Positions 18,918-27,461 of a stretch of DNA of 64,000 bases are shown one piece after another. Location of the stretch: positions 1 to 64,000 of IMG/VR virus record IMGVR_UViG_3300047678_000276; one strand, 5' to 3'. Each line of letters opens with the position of its first letter. The first letter of the stretch is position 1. A model generated the notes under the pieces. The model did not search any database and was not told the origin of the DNA. It saw only the letters and a list, made by a program, of their open reading frames with translations. Both the position numbers and the translations under genes were made by a program. The stretch is from a virus.

Positions 18918-19388
18918 TTAAGAAAACTTAAAAATGTATTTGTCTGAATCTGAAGTTTTTATAAACTGACCGTATTCTTTGTCTTCACCTCTAGATTTAA
19001 TTTTAACATAATGCATGCCCGTGGTTGTATGTTTTTCTTCTGTTTCGAAGTTAAAGATTGAAAGTAATAGTCTCATCTCAAGTTTATCAATTGTTCTTCT
19101 GTCAGTGTGAATTCTCATTACCAATTCTTTAAAGTCTTTGCATTTTAAGAATGAGTTAATTTTTTCGCAAGCAGTTAAATAATCTTCAGTGTCGTCAATC
19201 AATTCGTTCAAGCGCTGAAAAGCATATTCTGTTTGTTCTTTGGTGCCAATATTCATTCTGCCAAAACTCAATTGTGAGTTGGCCACATCAATCCCGTATG
19301 TACCGCTGTCAACAAATACCAATACAATAAGGCTATCCTTTTTGTATTTGTGTGTTTGTTCTTTTATTATTCTAAATCCTCCGCTCAT
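18918..19388 (-). CDS. hypothetical protein
   Basis: own class I promoter. Confidence 0.72.
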   Translation of the reverse strand: MSGGFRIIKEQTHKYKKDSLIVLVFVDSGTYGIDVANSQLSFGRMNIGTKEQTEYAFQRLNELIDDTEDYLTACEKINSFLKCKDFKELVMRIHTDRRTIDKLEMRLLLSIFNFETEEKHTTTGMHYVKIKSRGEDKEYGQFIKTSDSDKYIFKFS

Positions 19389-19461
19389 ATTAAACCGTAT
19401 TGTTAATGCGCTCTTTTCTTTGATAGAAAGGAAACTGTGTAAAACTTAAAAAACTTTATTT

Positions 19462-19495
19462 TTAAGTTCTGGTCAGAAACTTTCTATTGGTTGGC
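19462..19495 (+). repeat. inverted variant class I motif
   Basis: TTAAGTT-N14-TCTAT-TGGTTG-GC. Confidence 0.78.
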
Positions 19496-19549
19496 ACTTA
19501 CAGATCCAGGAAAGAAATAAAAAAAAGGAGAATGATCTCCTCTTTTAAT

Positions 19550-19903
19550 TTATTTAAACATTTCCATTTGAGTTCCAATTCCTGTGAAGTCTGCAAGTTG
19601 CATTTCGAAAACCTCATCAATGAAACCTCCATACTGGTCTAGCATATCAGGATGATATAACCCGTCTTTATCAGCAACCCAAAAACCTTTCTCATAATCT
19701 TCCTTAATGAGCTTGGCTAGTTCTTTATGGTCTTTTTCTGTTGAGGCTAATTTTGGTTCGAACTGAATTGACTTCTCGCCGAACTTATCATACCAGTCTC
19801 TGGCCATCCAGTGTCCATCAGGGTCATTTCCGATTGATTCATTCTCTAATTGGAATAGTAATTCAGCTAGACCAATAAATTCTTTCATTGTGTATTTTTT
19901 CAT
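19550..19903 (-). CDS. hypothetical protein
   Basis: ATGA-coupled to 19900-20121. Confidence 0.7.
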   Translation of the reverse strand: MKKYTMKEFIGLAELLFQLENESIGNDPDGHWMARDWYDKFGEKSIQFEPKLASTEKDHKELAKLIKEDYEKGFWVADKDGLYHPDMLDQYGGFIDEVFEMQLADFTGIGTQMEMFK

Positions 19904-20121
19904 TTTAATTCTTTTAAGAGTTTTTGATATTTCTTTGTATTCATCCATTTAATAACTGTGGTCGCATTATGTCCGATATTTTTATCTCCGCTTACAGGAT
20001 AATCAACCAGGATATAATCAGGCTTGTCAGAATTAAAAGACGCTGCCTGGATTATGCCTCTCTCTTTACGAAAGGGGTTATAAAAATCTATGCCGCTACT
20101 TATTGCAAATACTTTGTCCAT
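19900..20121 (-). CDS. hypothetical protein (predicted leaderless)
   Basis: ATG 6 nt after TCTAT. Confidence 0.72.
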   Translation of the reverse strand: MDKVFAISSGIDFYNPFRKERGIIQAASFNSDKPDYILVDYPVSGDKNIGHNATTVIKWMNTKKYQKLLKELK

Positions 20122-20137
20122 GTTTTAATAGAATGAT

Positions 20138-20386
20138 TTATTTGCGAAACTTAAAAATACGATCAACTAATTCCTGAGGATTGGTATGAAACAAGTGAAC
20201 TGCATTCACCATTGGTATAGCAACCGAAGCGTCCTCCTCAATTTCATCCAGGTGATAATAAACCACATGAATAGGATCCTTGGTCTCGCCTTTGTCGATG
20301 TAAATTCCTACACTTTCCTGGTCGATAGAAATTTCTAACTTTTCTTTTTTTCCGTTTATGATTACTTGTTTTCTCATGCTACCCAA
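20138..20386 (-). CDS. hypothetical protein
   Basis: coupled to upstream ORF. Confidence 0.7.
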   Translation of the reverse strand: MGSMRKQVIINGKKEKLEISIDQESVGIYIDKGETKDPIHVVYYHLDEIEEDASVAIPMVNAVHLFHTNPQELVDRIFKFRK

Positions 20387-20706
20387 AATATATCTTTAAT
20401 TTCTTTATTTTTTATTGTGAAATGAACCTCCACATCAATGAAGCGTGTTAGTGATTCATGTTGGTCTGTAATACTTTCAACATGAACCTTGCCGAATTTA
20501 ACAGCTAGTTCAGTTTCAGGATTTTCAACATAATCCTTTGATAGTTTCATTACTTTAAACTCCTCAATGCCAAGACTTACAAAAAACTCACTAAAGTCTT
20601 TTTGTGAAGGATGTTTAGCAATTGAAATAATCTTGTTTTTAAGTTTATCAACCACTCCAAACAATTTAACTTCTTCTTCTTTTTTTAAAGGATAATGTCC
20701 AGCCAT
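20374..20706 (-). CDS. hypothetical protein
   Basis: own class I promoter. Confidence 0.75.
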   Translation of the reverse strand: MAGHYPLKKEEEVKLFGVVDKLKNKIISIAKHPSQKDFSEFFVSLGIEEFKVMKLSKDYVENPETELAVKFGKVHVESITDQHESLTRFIDVEVHFTIKNKEIKDIFWVA

Positions 20707-20752
20707 GTTATTTTTATTTAATAGAATGATTTGTTTATGAAACTTAAAAAGA

Positions 20753-21043
20753 TTATTTTGTTATAAGCAATTCAACTTCACTTGGCGCAACTTCAACGAA
20801 ACCAAGTTTTTGAATATCTTTTTCAAATTCATATTCAGAAATGTTTTCAAAGAAGTCTGGATAAACTCTTAAGAACCCTCTCATTGTGTCAATGAAACAA
20901 TCTACCATAACTCCCATGTAAGTATTGCTTATACTGTTATAGGTGTAAATAAATGATATAGTTGAATCTCTGTAGTGATGAACATTAAATACAATGTCCT
21001 TATTTTCTTTTACGATCTTCGAATAATTTGGCTTAAATTCCAT
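20753..21043 (-). CDS. hypothetical protein (start corrected)
   Basis: first ATG downstream of class I promoter. Confidence 0.72.
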   Translation of the reverse strand: MEFKPNYSKIVKENKDIVFNVHHYRDSTISFIYTYNSISNTYMGVMVDCFIDTMRGFLRVYPDFFENISEYEFEKDIQKLGFVEVAPSEVELLITK

Positions 21044-21085
21044 GTTGTTTTTATTTAATAGAATGATTTGTTTGTGAAACTTAAA

Positions 21086-21298
21086 AACTAAACGTACTGG
21101 CACAGCGCTATCAAATGAGGGTGCAGTTCTCTAAGACAGTCCACTTACAGTATCGTGGAGATAACCTATAACTCAATGCTCTGAATTCAATCTTTGATAA
21201 GATCTCTTTCTATAGGTTGCTTCATGGAAGTGCCAAGCTTTCGAGTCAAATTATGTCTACCTATGCATTACCTCAGCACTGCACCAGTACGTTTAGTT
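21086..21298 (-). ncRNA. unknown structured RNA, about 213 nt
   Basis: perfect 15-bp terminal inverted repeat extended by G-U pairs on the minus strand; internal stems; no ORF. Confidence 0.65.
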
Positions 21299-21304
21299 AT
21301 TTAT

Positions 21305-21514
21305 TTAAAAACCTTCTCCTCTTTTTTCTTCCTCTTCATCAAATGGACATTCCAGGTCATCAACGATTTGTTCGATGTGTTCAAATGGATTATCCATTAA
21401 TTTCTCAGACAACTTTGGAACAGCTGCTTCCATAATATCTTGTTCAGTGGCATTCTCATCCACAATTACCCTGGTCAATAAAGACACATATACTAACTTT
21501 GCTACTTTTTTCAT
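21305..21514 (-). CDS. hypothetical protein (predicted leaderless)
   Basis: ATG 6 nt after TCTAT. Confidence 0.75.
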   Translation of the reverse strand: MKKVAKLVYVSLLTRVIVDENATEQDIMEAAVPKLSEKLMDNPFEHIEQIVDDLECPFDEEEEKRGEGF

Positions 21515-21551
21515 ATTTGAATAGAATTAAATTAAACCAGAACTTAAAAAC

Positions 21552-22364
21552 TTATCTCTCTGCTTTATAAATGATTTGTTTCATTGTGCAATCTGTCAAA
21601 TCGCTGTCAGGTCGCTTGCCTAAATATACAGGTTGAAATATAGCACCGCCTTTATAGGCATATAAATATCTTACTTCAACCAAGTCTCCAATTTCAGGTA
21701 CGTCGTAGTTTGGAGAGATAGTTACCTTGCCCATAAATATCCTCTCTGAGCCTTCTATAAGCTCTAAGCCAACACTTCTTTTGGCTTTGGTAATGTTTGC
21801 CACAATGAATGTTGCAGTCTTTTGAAACTTGAATTTTAACTGGTCTCCGCCACTTGCTGGTCTACCATGTTTATAAGTAGCATTTTTCTTTTTAAATACA
21901 ATCCCCTCTTTATTCTCCTTTTTGAGTTTGTCAAATAAAGCTCTTTTTTGTTCTGTGGTATAAGCTGTTTCAACAACTTGAATGTTCTCATCAAATTTTA
22001 AAGTTCCTAAAACATTTAACCTACCAACACAAGGTTGGCTTTTCATATCATTGCCATTAAGAGATAGAATATCAAATACATATAATTTGTTTCCGATAAT
22101 CTCTCCATCAAGAATGAAGTCTGCTGCGTGTGAACGCTCGCCGAGAACTGAATTGATAATTGTATCAGGTAATGGAACTTCTGTTCCTTTTTTGTTCAGA
22201 CCAAAGATTTTTGGTCCAGTGATAAGCATTCTTCTTTCGCCGTCTTGTTTTTCTTGAGCGATGTATTCGTCGTTTGTAATATATTCTTCCACGTCCTCAA
22301 TAGTATTAAGGAGCTGTGGAAGAATAATAACTTCTTTAGAAACAACAGTTACATTAGAGAATTC
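21552..22364 (-). CDS. ATP-dependent DNA ligase domain (C-terminal part of WGR-ligase fusion)
   Basis: QEKQDGER (motif I), LDGE, YVFDIL, EGIVFK, KFK; frame open back to the A10 run and contains LPQLLN. Confidence 0.88.
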   Translation of the reverse strand, partial: EFSNVTVVSKEVIILPQLLNTIEDVEEYITNDEYIAQEKQDGERRMLITGPKIFGLNKKGTEVPLPDTIINSVLGERSHAADFILDGEIIGNKLYVFDILSLNGNDMKSQPCVGRLNVLGTLKFDENIQVVETAYTTEQKRALFDKLKKENKEGIVFKKKNATYKHGRPASGGDQLKFKFQKTATFIVANITKAKRSVGLELIEGSERIFMGKVTISPNYDVPEIGDLVEVRYLYAYKGGAIFQPVYLGKRPDSDLTDCTMKQIIYKAER

Positions 22365-22600
22365 TTTTTTTTTTCGCCTTCAGTGTAACCTTTTCTTAGC
22401 TGTTCTTTTAATTTGCTTTCATAAACCTTGTCAGCCTCTTTTAAAGGTAAAGGAGTAGGAGTTTTTGTTCCAGCCGAAAGGTTGCTGCCTCTGCGACCAT
22501 ACTGAAAGTTAACCACAAAGCCATCACCAGATTTTTCTAACTGGATATGGTATTCTTTGTCGCTGTTTCCTTCTTGAAAATAAAGTGATACGTTTTTCAT
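22349..22600 (-). CDS. WGR domain (N-terminal part of the ligase)
   Basis: SDKEY-x-I...VNFQYGRRG...K...KGY. Confidence 0.85.
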   Translation of the reverse strand: MKNVSLYFQEGNSDKEYHIQLEKSGDGFVVNFQYGRRGSNLSAGTKTPTPLPLKEADKVYESKLKEQLRKGYTEGEKKKNSLM

Positions 22601-22644
22601 ATTGTTTGTTTTTATATAAGGATAGAATGAAAATTAGGGAGAAC

Positions 22645-22914
22645 TTAAAAATCTATTAATTTTTTATCTAATAATTTACTACCACTATTTAAAAGAGAGG
22701 CTAAATTATTAATTAATAACCCCATGTGTTTTACACCTCCAAATCCTTTTAATTCAGCTGCGCTAAAACTACTTAAAAAATACCCTAACTGTGAAATATC
22801 TGTCGTTAATGCCTCACGTAAAGTGTTGCTTTCTTCGTAATTTGAAAGGAAATCATTTATTTTGCTTTTACAACTCAAGCCTAAATTTTGTAATCTTTGT
22901 TCTTGTTCTTTCAT
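22645..22914 (-). CDS. hypothetical protein
   Basis: own class I promoter; stop codon lies in the next motif. Confidence 0.75.
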   Translation of the reverse strand: MKEQEQRLQNLGLSCKSKINDFLSNYEESNTLREALTTDISQLGYFLSSFSAAELKGFGGVKHMGLLINNLASLLNSGSKLLDKKLIDF

Positions 22915-22974
22915 ATTGTTTGTTTTTATATAAGGATAGATAGAAATTCAGGGAGAACTTAAAAACTTTTAAAT

Positions 22975-23841
22975 TTATTTTAACCCCTGAAAAAGAAATG
23001 CTATTGTATCTACATTCCAACCATTGCCAAGAGCTTTATATCTTGCCCCGTCGCTTACCATTGCTGTATGTCCTTCAGGAACGCCTTGAAGTCTTTCGTA
23101 TTCAGTTGGAGTTAATTTTCTAACTCTACCATCCTGGATAACTTTCTTTTGTTGATTACCTCCACAAACTGCTGTTAAGGTTTGGCATTTATGTTTTGTT
23201 GAATTAACACGCTTTAAAATATCATGTCCATTGATTGCAAGTGTGGCGCAAACAACTTTATCATCGCCGTGGAATACAAATGGCTCTTTATAGAAATACT
23301 TCTCCGCCACAGTTGGCTCTAATATATCTCCAAGAACCAAGGAGTTTTTTTCTGTTGGTAATTCTAACAATGGAATGTTGGTCCAGTATAATCTAGGACG
23401 ACTTTGTGCCGAAAAGATCTCAGAATTGATTTGTATAGGCTCCACGCCGAGAATATCTGTGATAACTTGTTCCCATTGTTTTTTCATTACAACATTCTCC
23501 AAGAAGAAATACTTTGGCTTCAGTTCTTTTAATAATCGAACATATTCGAAAAATAATTTTGATTTCCCGTCAAACCCAGTATTAGATGAGATGGCAGGTG
23601 AAAAGCTTTGGCAAGGTGAACCGCCGATTAATAGATCAATCTGAGGGAGTCCTTGAGCTGTAACCTTGGTAACATCTCCTAATTGAACTGTTCCAGGAAA
23701 GGTGTTTTGTGTAACTTTAATAGAAGCTTTCTCGATCTCAGAAGCGAAATATTGCTTCACTTGGATTCCTAATCTCTGTAGAGCCAATTGGCCACAGCTA
23801 ATGCCATCGAATAATGATAATACGTTTATTGGTTCTTTCAT
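22975..23841 (-). CDS. C5 cytosine DNA methyltransferase
   Basis: SLFDGI, GGSPCQ, LENV, Q-x-R-x-R, R-x-LT-x-x-E-x-ERLQG, LGNGW. Confidence 0.93.
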   Translation of the reverse strand: MKEPINVLSLFDGISCGQLALQRLGIQVKQYFASEIEKASIKVTQNTFPGTVQLGDVTKVTAQGLPQIDLLIGGSPCQSFSPAISSNTGFDGKSKLFFEYVRLLKELKPKYFFLENVVMKKQWEQVITDILGVEPIQINSEIFSAQSRPRLYWTNIPLLELPTEKNSLVLGDILEPTVAEKYFYKEPFVFHGDDKVVCATLAINGHDILKRVNSTKHKCQTLTAVCGGNQQKKVIQDGRVRKLTPTEYERLQGVPEGHTAMVSDGARYKALGNGWNVDTIAFLFQGLK

Positions 23842-23859
23842 ATTGGAATAGAAAGAAGC

Positions 23860-24279
23860 TTAGTTAGAACTTAAAAGTAATTTTATTCTAGCTCTTTCTT
23901 CTTCTTCTATTCTTTGTGCTTCTATTCTTTTATTTGAAGCTCTGATGTACCAAATCCAACGAGAGATATTATTTTTAAAATCTACTGGTCTGGCAACTGT
24001 TTTCTCAATCTTTAACTCAGGAATATACTCATCATTTGGATTGAATAATTTATAACGTGTGTACCCTTTATTGTCTTTGTATTTTATCAGTTTCTTACCA
24101 ACAATTAATTCAATAGCTTTATGTTTGAAAGTTTTGTTTTGGTCTAAACTTTCATTATAAAGATTTCTAATTAAATTCTTATCTCCTTCAGAGATAAATA
24201 CAAGGTCATCATTTTTCTTTGAAGCCATTACTCTTCCGAGTAAATCTTCATTAATTCTGAATTTATTAAATATTGGCAT
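23860..24279 (-). CDS. hypothetical protein
   Basis: class II promoter 24289-24317. Confidence 0.72.
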   Translation of the reverse strand: MPIFNKFRINEDLLGRVMASKKNDDLVFISEGDKNLIRNLYNESLDQNKTFKHKAIELIVGKKLIKYKDNKGYTRYKLFNPNDEYIPELKIEKTVARPVDFKNNISRWIWYIRASNKRIEAQRIEEEERARIKLLLSSN

Positions 24280-24331
24280 GGTATATTATTATACGTTAAA
24301 ATTAATAAATTGTTACATTAATGCAAAATTT

Positions 24332-24571
24332 TTAGTTCTTGCATATCAACTGCAAATACATATCTCTTGCATCCTCAATGAATTGTTCAAAAGAAATATT
24401 TTCAATATACTCTTGGTCAATTCCGTTTTTTTGGTCATAGGTCTTAACAATTAAACCAATATCATCTCTACGAATGGTAATGTTTTGTTCTGTCTTAGAT
24501 AGAACAGCATACAATCCAAATCCGATTAAAGGATATACGAATGTGTTTTTTGAGGCTTTGGTTGCTAACAT
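24332..24571 (-). CDS. hypothetical protein
   Basis: own class I promoter. Confidence 0.7.
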   Translation of the reverse strand: MLATKASKNTFVYPLIGFGLYAVLSKTEQNITIRRDDIGLIVKTYDQKNGIDQEYIENISFEQFIEDARDMYLQLICKN

Positions 24572-24637
24572 AGTTCTTGATTTATAAGAGGATAGAAATA
24601 TATTTTAAACAAACTTAAAAATTTATTTTGTTTTTGT

Positions 24638-24666
24638 TGTAACTTTTATTATCTTTGTACGTATAA
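24638..24666 (+). promoter_or_regulatory. class II promoter of the tRNA operon
   Basis: TGTAAC-N16-CGTATAA; spacer also contains TATCTTTG. Confidence 0.75.
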
Positions 24667-24706
24667 ATTGATAAGAAACAAAAATTTTAACTATTTAAAG
24701 ATATAT

Positions 24707-24779
24707 TGCGGGTTGGAGAAGGGGTTATCTCGAATGGCTCATAACCATTAGGTCGGTGGTTCGAATCCATCACCCGCTA
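24707..24779 (+). tRNA. tRNA-Met(CAT), initiator-like
   Basis: unpaired 1:72, GCGGGT/ACCCGC stem, AATGG-CTCATAA-CCATT arm. Confidence 0.85.
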
Positions 24780-24879
24780 CTAAAAGCCTGAAAGGGCGGA
24801 CACCTAAAACTACCCAATTAAAGCTAGGATATACAAACGGGGACACTAGTACAAGTTTAGGTTAAAGAAATTAAAAGAA

Positions 24880-24954
24880 ATGAACAGAATAATTAACATA
24901 TTAAATGAACGTGAGGAAAGCCAGATGACTGACCTCACTTCGACTATATGTTAA
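24880..24954 (+). CDS. putative 24-aa leader peptide MNRIINILNEREESQMTDLTSTIC
   Basis: A-rich leader, Glu cluster GAA-CGT-GAG-GAA, overlaps alternative hairpins and precedes a terminator. Confidence 0.6.
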   Translation: MNRIINILNEREESQMTDLTSTIC

Positions 24955-24978
24955 TTTAAAAATATAACTTATCAAGTC

Positions 24979-25012
24979 AAAAGGGTGGTCGCTAAGCGTC
25001 TGCCCTTTTTTT
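24979..25012 (+). terminator. attenuator-type intrinsic terminator directly before tRNA-Glu
   Basis: AAAAGGGTGGTCGC-TAA-GCGTCTGCCC-T7. Confidence 0.72.
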
Positions 25013-25017
25013 ATTAT

Positions 25018-25090
25018 GCTCCATTCGTCTAGAGGCCCAGGACGATGCACTTTCACTGCATAAACACGGATTCGAATTCCGTATGGAGTA
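25018..25090 (+). tRNA. tRNA-Glu(TTC)
   Basis: GCTCCAT/ATGGAGT stem; ATGCA-CTTTCAC-TGCAT arm. Confidence 0.9.
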
Positions 25091-25099
25091 CAAATTTAT

Positions 25100-25185
25100 C
25101 GTCCGTTAGACTAGCGGTTATGGTCGCTGTGCTTTCACCACAGTGTTTCGAAAGGAGCTCATGGGTTCGAATCCCATACGGACGA
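25100..25185 (+). tRNA. tRNA-Glu(TTC) with long variable arm
   Basis: CGTCCGT/ACGGACG stem; CTGTG-CTTTCAC-CACAG arm; GTTTC-GAAA-GGAGC variable stem. Confidence 0.8.
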
Positions 25186-25199
25186 CAATTTTAACATAT

Positions 25200-25382
25200 T
25201 TATTTGTATGAGTAAAAATTGCGCAAAATGTAACTTGCACTCAACATACGTCCGTGTACATTTGTTGGAATGTGTGTAGGACTGTCCTCAACAAGTGTTT
25301 TGCTTAGTGCTTTATTTTCTTTTGAGTAAGCACCTTTGCCGTCCAAGTATGTTTTGTCAAGTGGGGTTGATTTTCTTTTCAT
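25200..25382 (-). CDS. hypothetical protein (predicted leaderless, possibly truncated)
   Basis: ATG 6 nt after TCTAT. Confidence 0.6.
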   Translation of the reverse strand: MKRKSTPLDKTYLDGKGAYSKENKALSKTLVEDSPTHIPTNVHGRMLSASYILRNFYSYK

Positions 25383-25417
25383 ATTAATATAGAATTAAAA
25401 CAGGGAGAACTTAAAAA

Positions 25418-25672
25418 TTAAAGACCGATTCTACAATCTTTTTCAATGCTCTCCTCAAAATTTCCATTGATAATAGCCTGGTCCAATATCTTATCTTCAA
25501 ACTTATTCCAATCACTTGGTTCATTTGTAAATTGAGCATTGGCAAACAAATCATTCAACTCATCAGTATTAACGTCTTCGTTGCTACCGTCATAAAATCC
25601 CAAGATTTCACATAACTCATCTAAAGTGTAATGTTTCTTTAGAATTTCTTTTTTCTCTTTGTTTGATTGCAT
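25418..25672 (-). CDS. hypothetical protein (predicted leaderless)
   Basis: ATG 6 nt after TCTAT. Confidence 0.75.
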   Translation of the reverse strand: MQSNKEKKEILKKHYTLDELCEILGFYDGSNEDVNTDELNDLFANAQFTNEPSDWNKFEDKILDQAIINGNFEESIEKDCRIGL

Positions 25673-25745
25673 ATTGATATAGATATTAATTCAGGGAGAA
25701 CTTAAATAAATTCCTTATATTCTTTTAGGCGAGTTTCTAAATGTT

Positions 25746-25943
25746 TTAAACTGTTTGTTGAATTGGTGATGAATTCATCAGCTTTATGGCTTGTAGAACC
25801 ATTATAAAAAGTCTCCTTAAAAAGGACATATTTATAATACGTGCTTTTATAGCCTGGAGTGTTGCTAAATGAACCCTCTCTTTTTCGATCATCCTTTCTA
25901 CTGAAGGTATGATAATTGTTCTCATTTCGTCTTTAAATTCCAT
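25746..25943 (-). CDS. hypothetical protein
   Basis: own class I promoter. Confidence 0.6.
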   Translation of the reverse strand: MEFKDEMRTIIIPSVERMIEKERVHLATLQAIKARIINMSFLRRLFIMVLQAIKLMNSSPIQQTV

Positions 25944-26006
25944 GATTGTTTTTATATATGAATAGAAATAAAAAAGGAGAAACTTAAAAATTTCTCCTCA
26001 ATTTTT

Positions 26007-26462
26007 TTACCAAGATGCTCGATAATAATAGTCGCCTTCTTCTTTTAAGAGTTCCTCAAGTAATACAATAGTTTCTTTCACATCCTGAAAGTAATACTCA
26101 TCATAATCAGTTCCGCCAAAAAAGAACCCGCTTGCAGTTGGCAATACTTTCTTTGCAGTTTTTGCATCTGCAGCAGCAATAGTTTTCAAAGCATCAAGCA
26201 ACTCTTTAAGTTTTTCTTCACTTACATAAGTTTCCTGACATTCATCTCTGCCTCCTTGACAATTTTGAACGAACCAATTATGAAGTGCATTGAATTTTCT
26301 CCAATAACCAACTTGTTCAGTTATTTCTGAAATTCGTTCAGGTTTAATATCCTTGCGAACCTTACCACCCTTCTTAACAGTGATTTGATGTTTTTCTTCT
26401 TTAGACATATGGTTCCAATTCTTCACATAAGTCTTTTTGTGCAAATACATATCTAATCCCAT
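26007..26462 (-). CDS. conserved phage protein (MGLDMY...YWRK-x-NA-x-H-x-WF...YY-x-ASW)
   Basis: family motifs; own class I promoter. Confidence 0.85.
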   Translation of the reverse strand: MGLDMYLHKKTYVKNWNHMSKEEKHQITVKKGGKVRKDIKPERISEITEQVGYWRKFNALHNWFVQNCQGGRDECQETYVSEEKLKELLDALKTIAAADAKTAKKVLPTASGFFFGGTDYDEYYFQDVKETIVLLEELLKEEGDYYYRASW

Positions 26463-26522
26463 GATTTCTTTTTTTTAATTGTTTATATGTTTATAGAATA
26501 ATTTATAGGGAGAACTTAAAAA

Positions 26523-26801
26523 TTAAATTTCTCTGAAACGACAACAATCTTGTAGGTCTGCCAAAGGTATTCTGCCATATGAAGCAGAGCTATAATAACC
26601 TTGACCTTCATATCTCTTTGCCCATTCTTTAAAAGACGCAAGGGCTGTAGCCATGTTCTTATATGAGCTTTTATCAAACTCGATTGTAAACCCATCAGGG
26701 GAGATTACTTCAACTCGTTTTTCTTTTATTTTTGTCTTTGCCATAATTGTTTGTTTAAATAATAATTGATTTGTTGTTGTTGCTATTAAGACTTTTTTCA
26801 T
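26523..26801 (-). CDS. hypothetical protein
   Basis: ATG 6 nt after TCTAT. Confidence 0.72.
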   Translation of the reverse strand: MKKVLIATTTNQLLFKQTIMAKTKIKEKRVEVISPDGFTIEFDKSSYKNMATALASFKEWAKRYEGQGYYSSASYGRIPLADLQDCCRFREI

Positions 26802-26851
26802 ATAAAGATAGAAACAAAAAAGGAGAAACTTAAAAATCTCTCCTTTTAATT

Positions 26852-27403
26852 TTATTTATCTGCTTTTTCTGCAAATGCCATAAATTCTTTTATTGTTGGC
26901 AATTTGTCTAGTGAGAACTTTTTGATAAGTCTTGGAGGAAAATATTCCCCTTTTTTGCTATCCTTATTGTATTTGGCAAAGCGATTATTTTTTGCCACAG
27001 GATGTACATTAAATCCTTTATACACCTCAAAAGTTTTCTTGTCAAGGTCAATAACATATGCCCACTCACACATTAATCCATCACCCACGAATTCTTCGTT
27101 ATTGACAAGCCCAAGCACTTTCTTTTTGTAAACCATTTCCAGTATTTGCGCACCTGCATCTCTGCTTAGGTATGGATAATTTTCTGTCCAATTTGGATCA
27201 GCATTTACTTTTTCCACTTCTTTGTCTGTAAGCCAACGAAGTCCTCTAATTTTCTCTGTGAATTTTTTTAAATTAAAACCTTTTGACCTTAAGAATTTCA
27301 ATGCTGTTAAACCTTGTCCTCTTGGATACCCATCCCATTGTCCATATTGTGCAATTTTTGTTTCTGCACTTTCAATAACCATTGTTACATTTCTTGTTCC
27401 CAT
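26852..27403 (-). CDS. conserved phage protein (MGTR...QWDGYP...EWAYVIDLD)
   Basis: family motifs; related to 37761-38177. Confidence 0.85.
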   Translation of the reverse strand: MGTRNVTMVIESAETKIAQYGQWDGYPRGQGLTALKFLRSKGFNLKKFTEKIRGLRWLTDKEVEKVNADPNWTENYPYLSRDAGAQILEMVYKKKVLGLVNNEEFVGDGLMCEWAYVIDLDKKTFEVYKGFNVHPVAKNNRFAKYNKDSKKGEYFPPRLIKKFSLDKLPTIKEFMAFAEKADK

Positions 27404-27461
27404 TTTTCTAGTTTTTGTTTGTTATATGAATAGAATGATTTATCTGTGAAACTTAAAAAGA

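Noticed and set aside
19483-19495. TGGTTG after the inverted motifs as an antisense seed against AACCAACC leaders
   Set aside because: The leaderless-gene spacing puts +1 after this hexamer, so it would not be transcribed.
21086-21298. Retron msr-msd or DGR template
   Set aside because: No reverse transcriptase in the window and no adenine-specific repeat pair seen; cannot exclude one elsewhere in the genome.
25100-25185. tRNA-Sec (TCA) because of the long variable arm
   Set aside because: The loop CTTTCAC centres on TTC, and the acceptor stem is a normal 7 bp.
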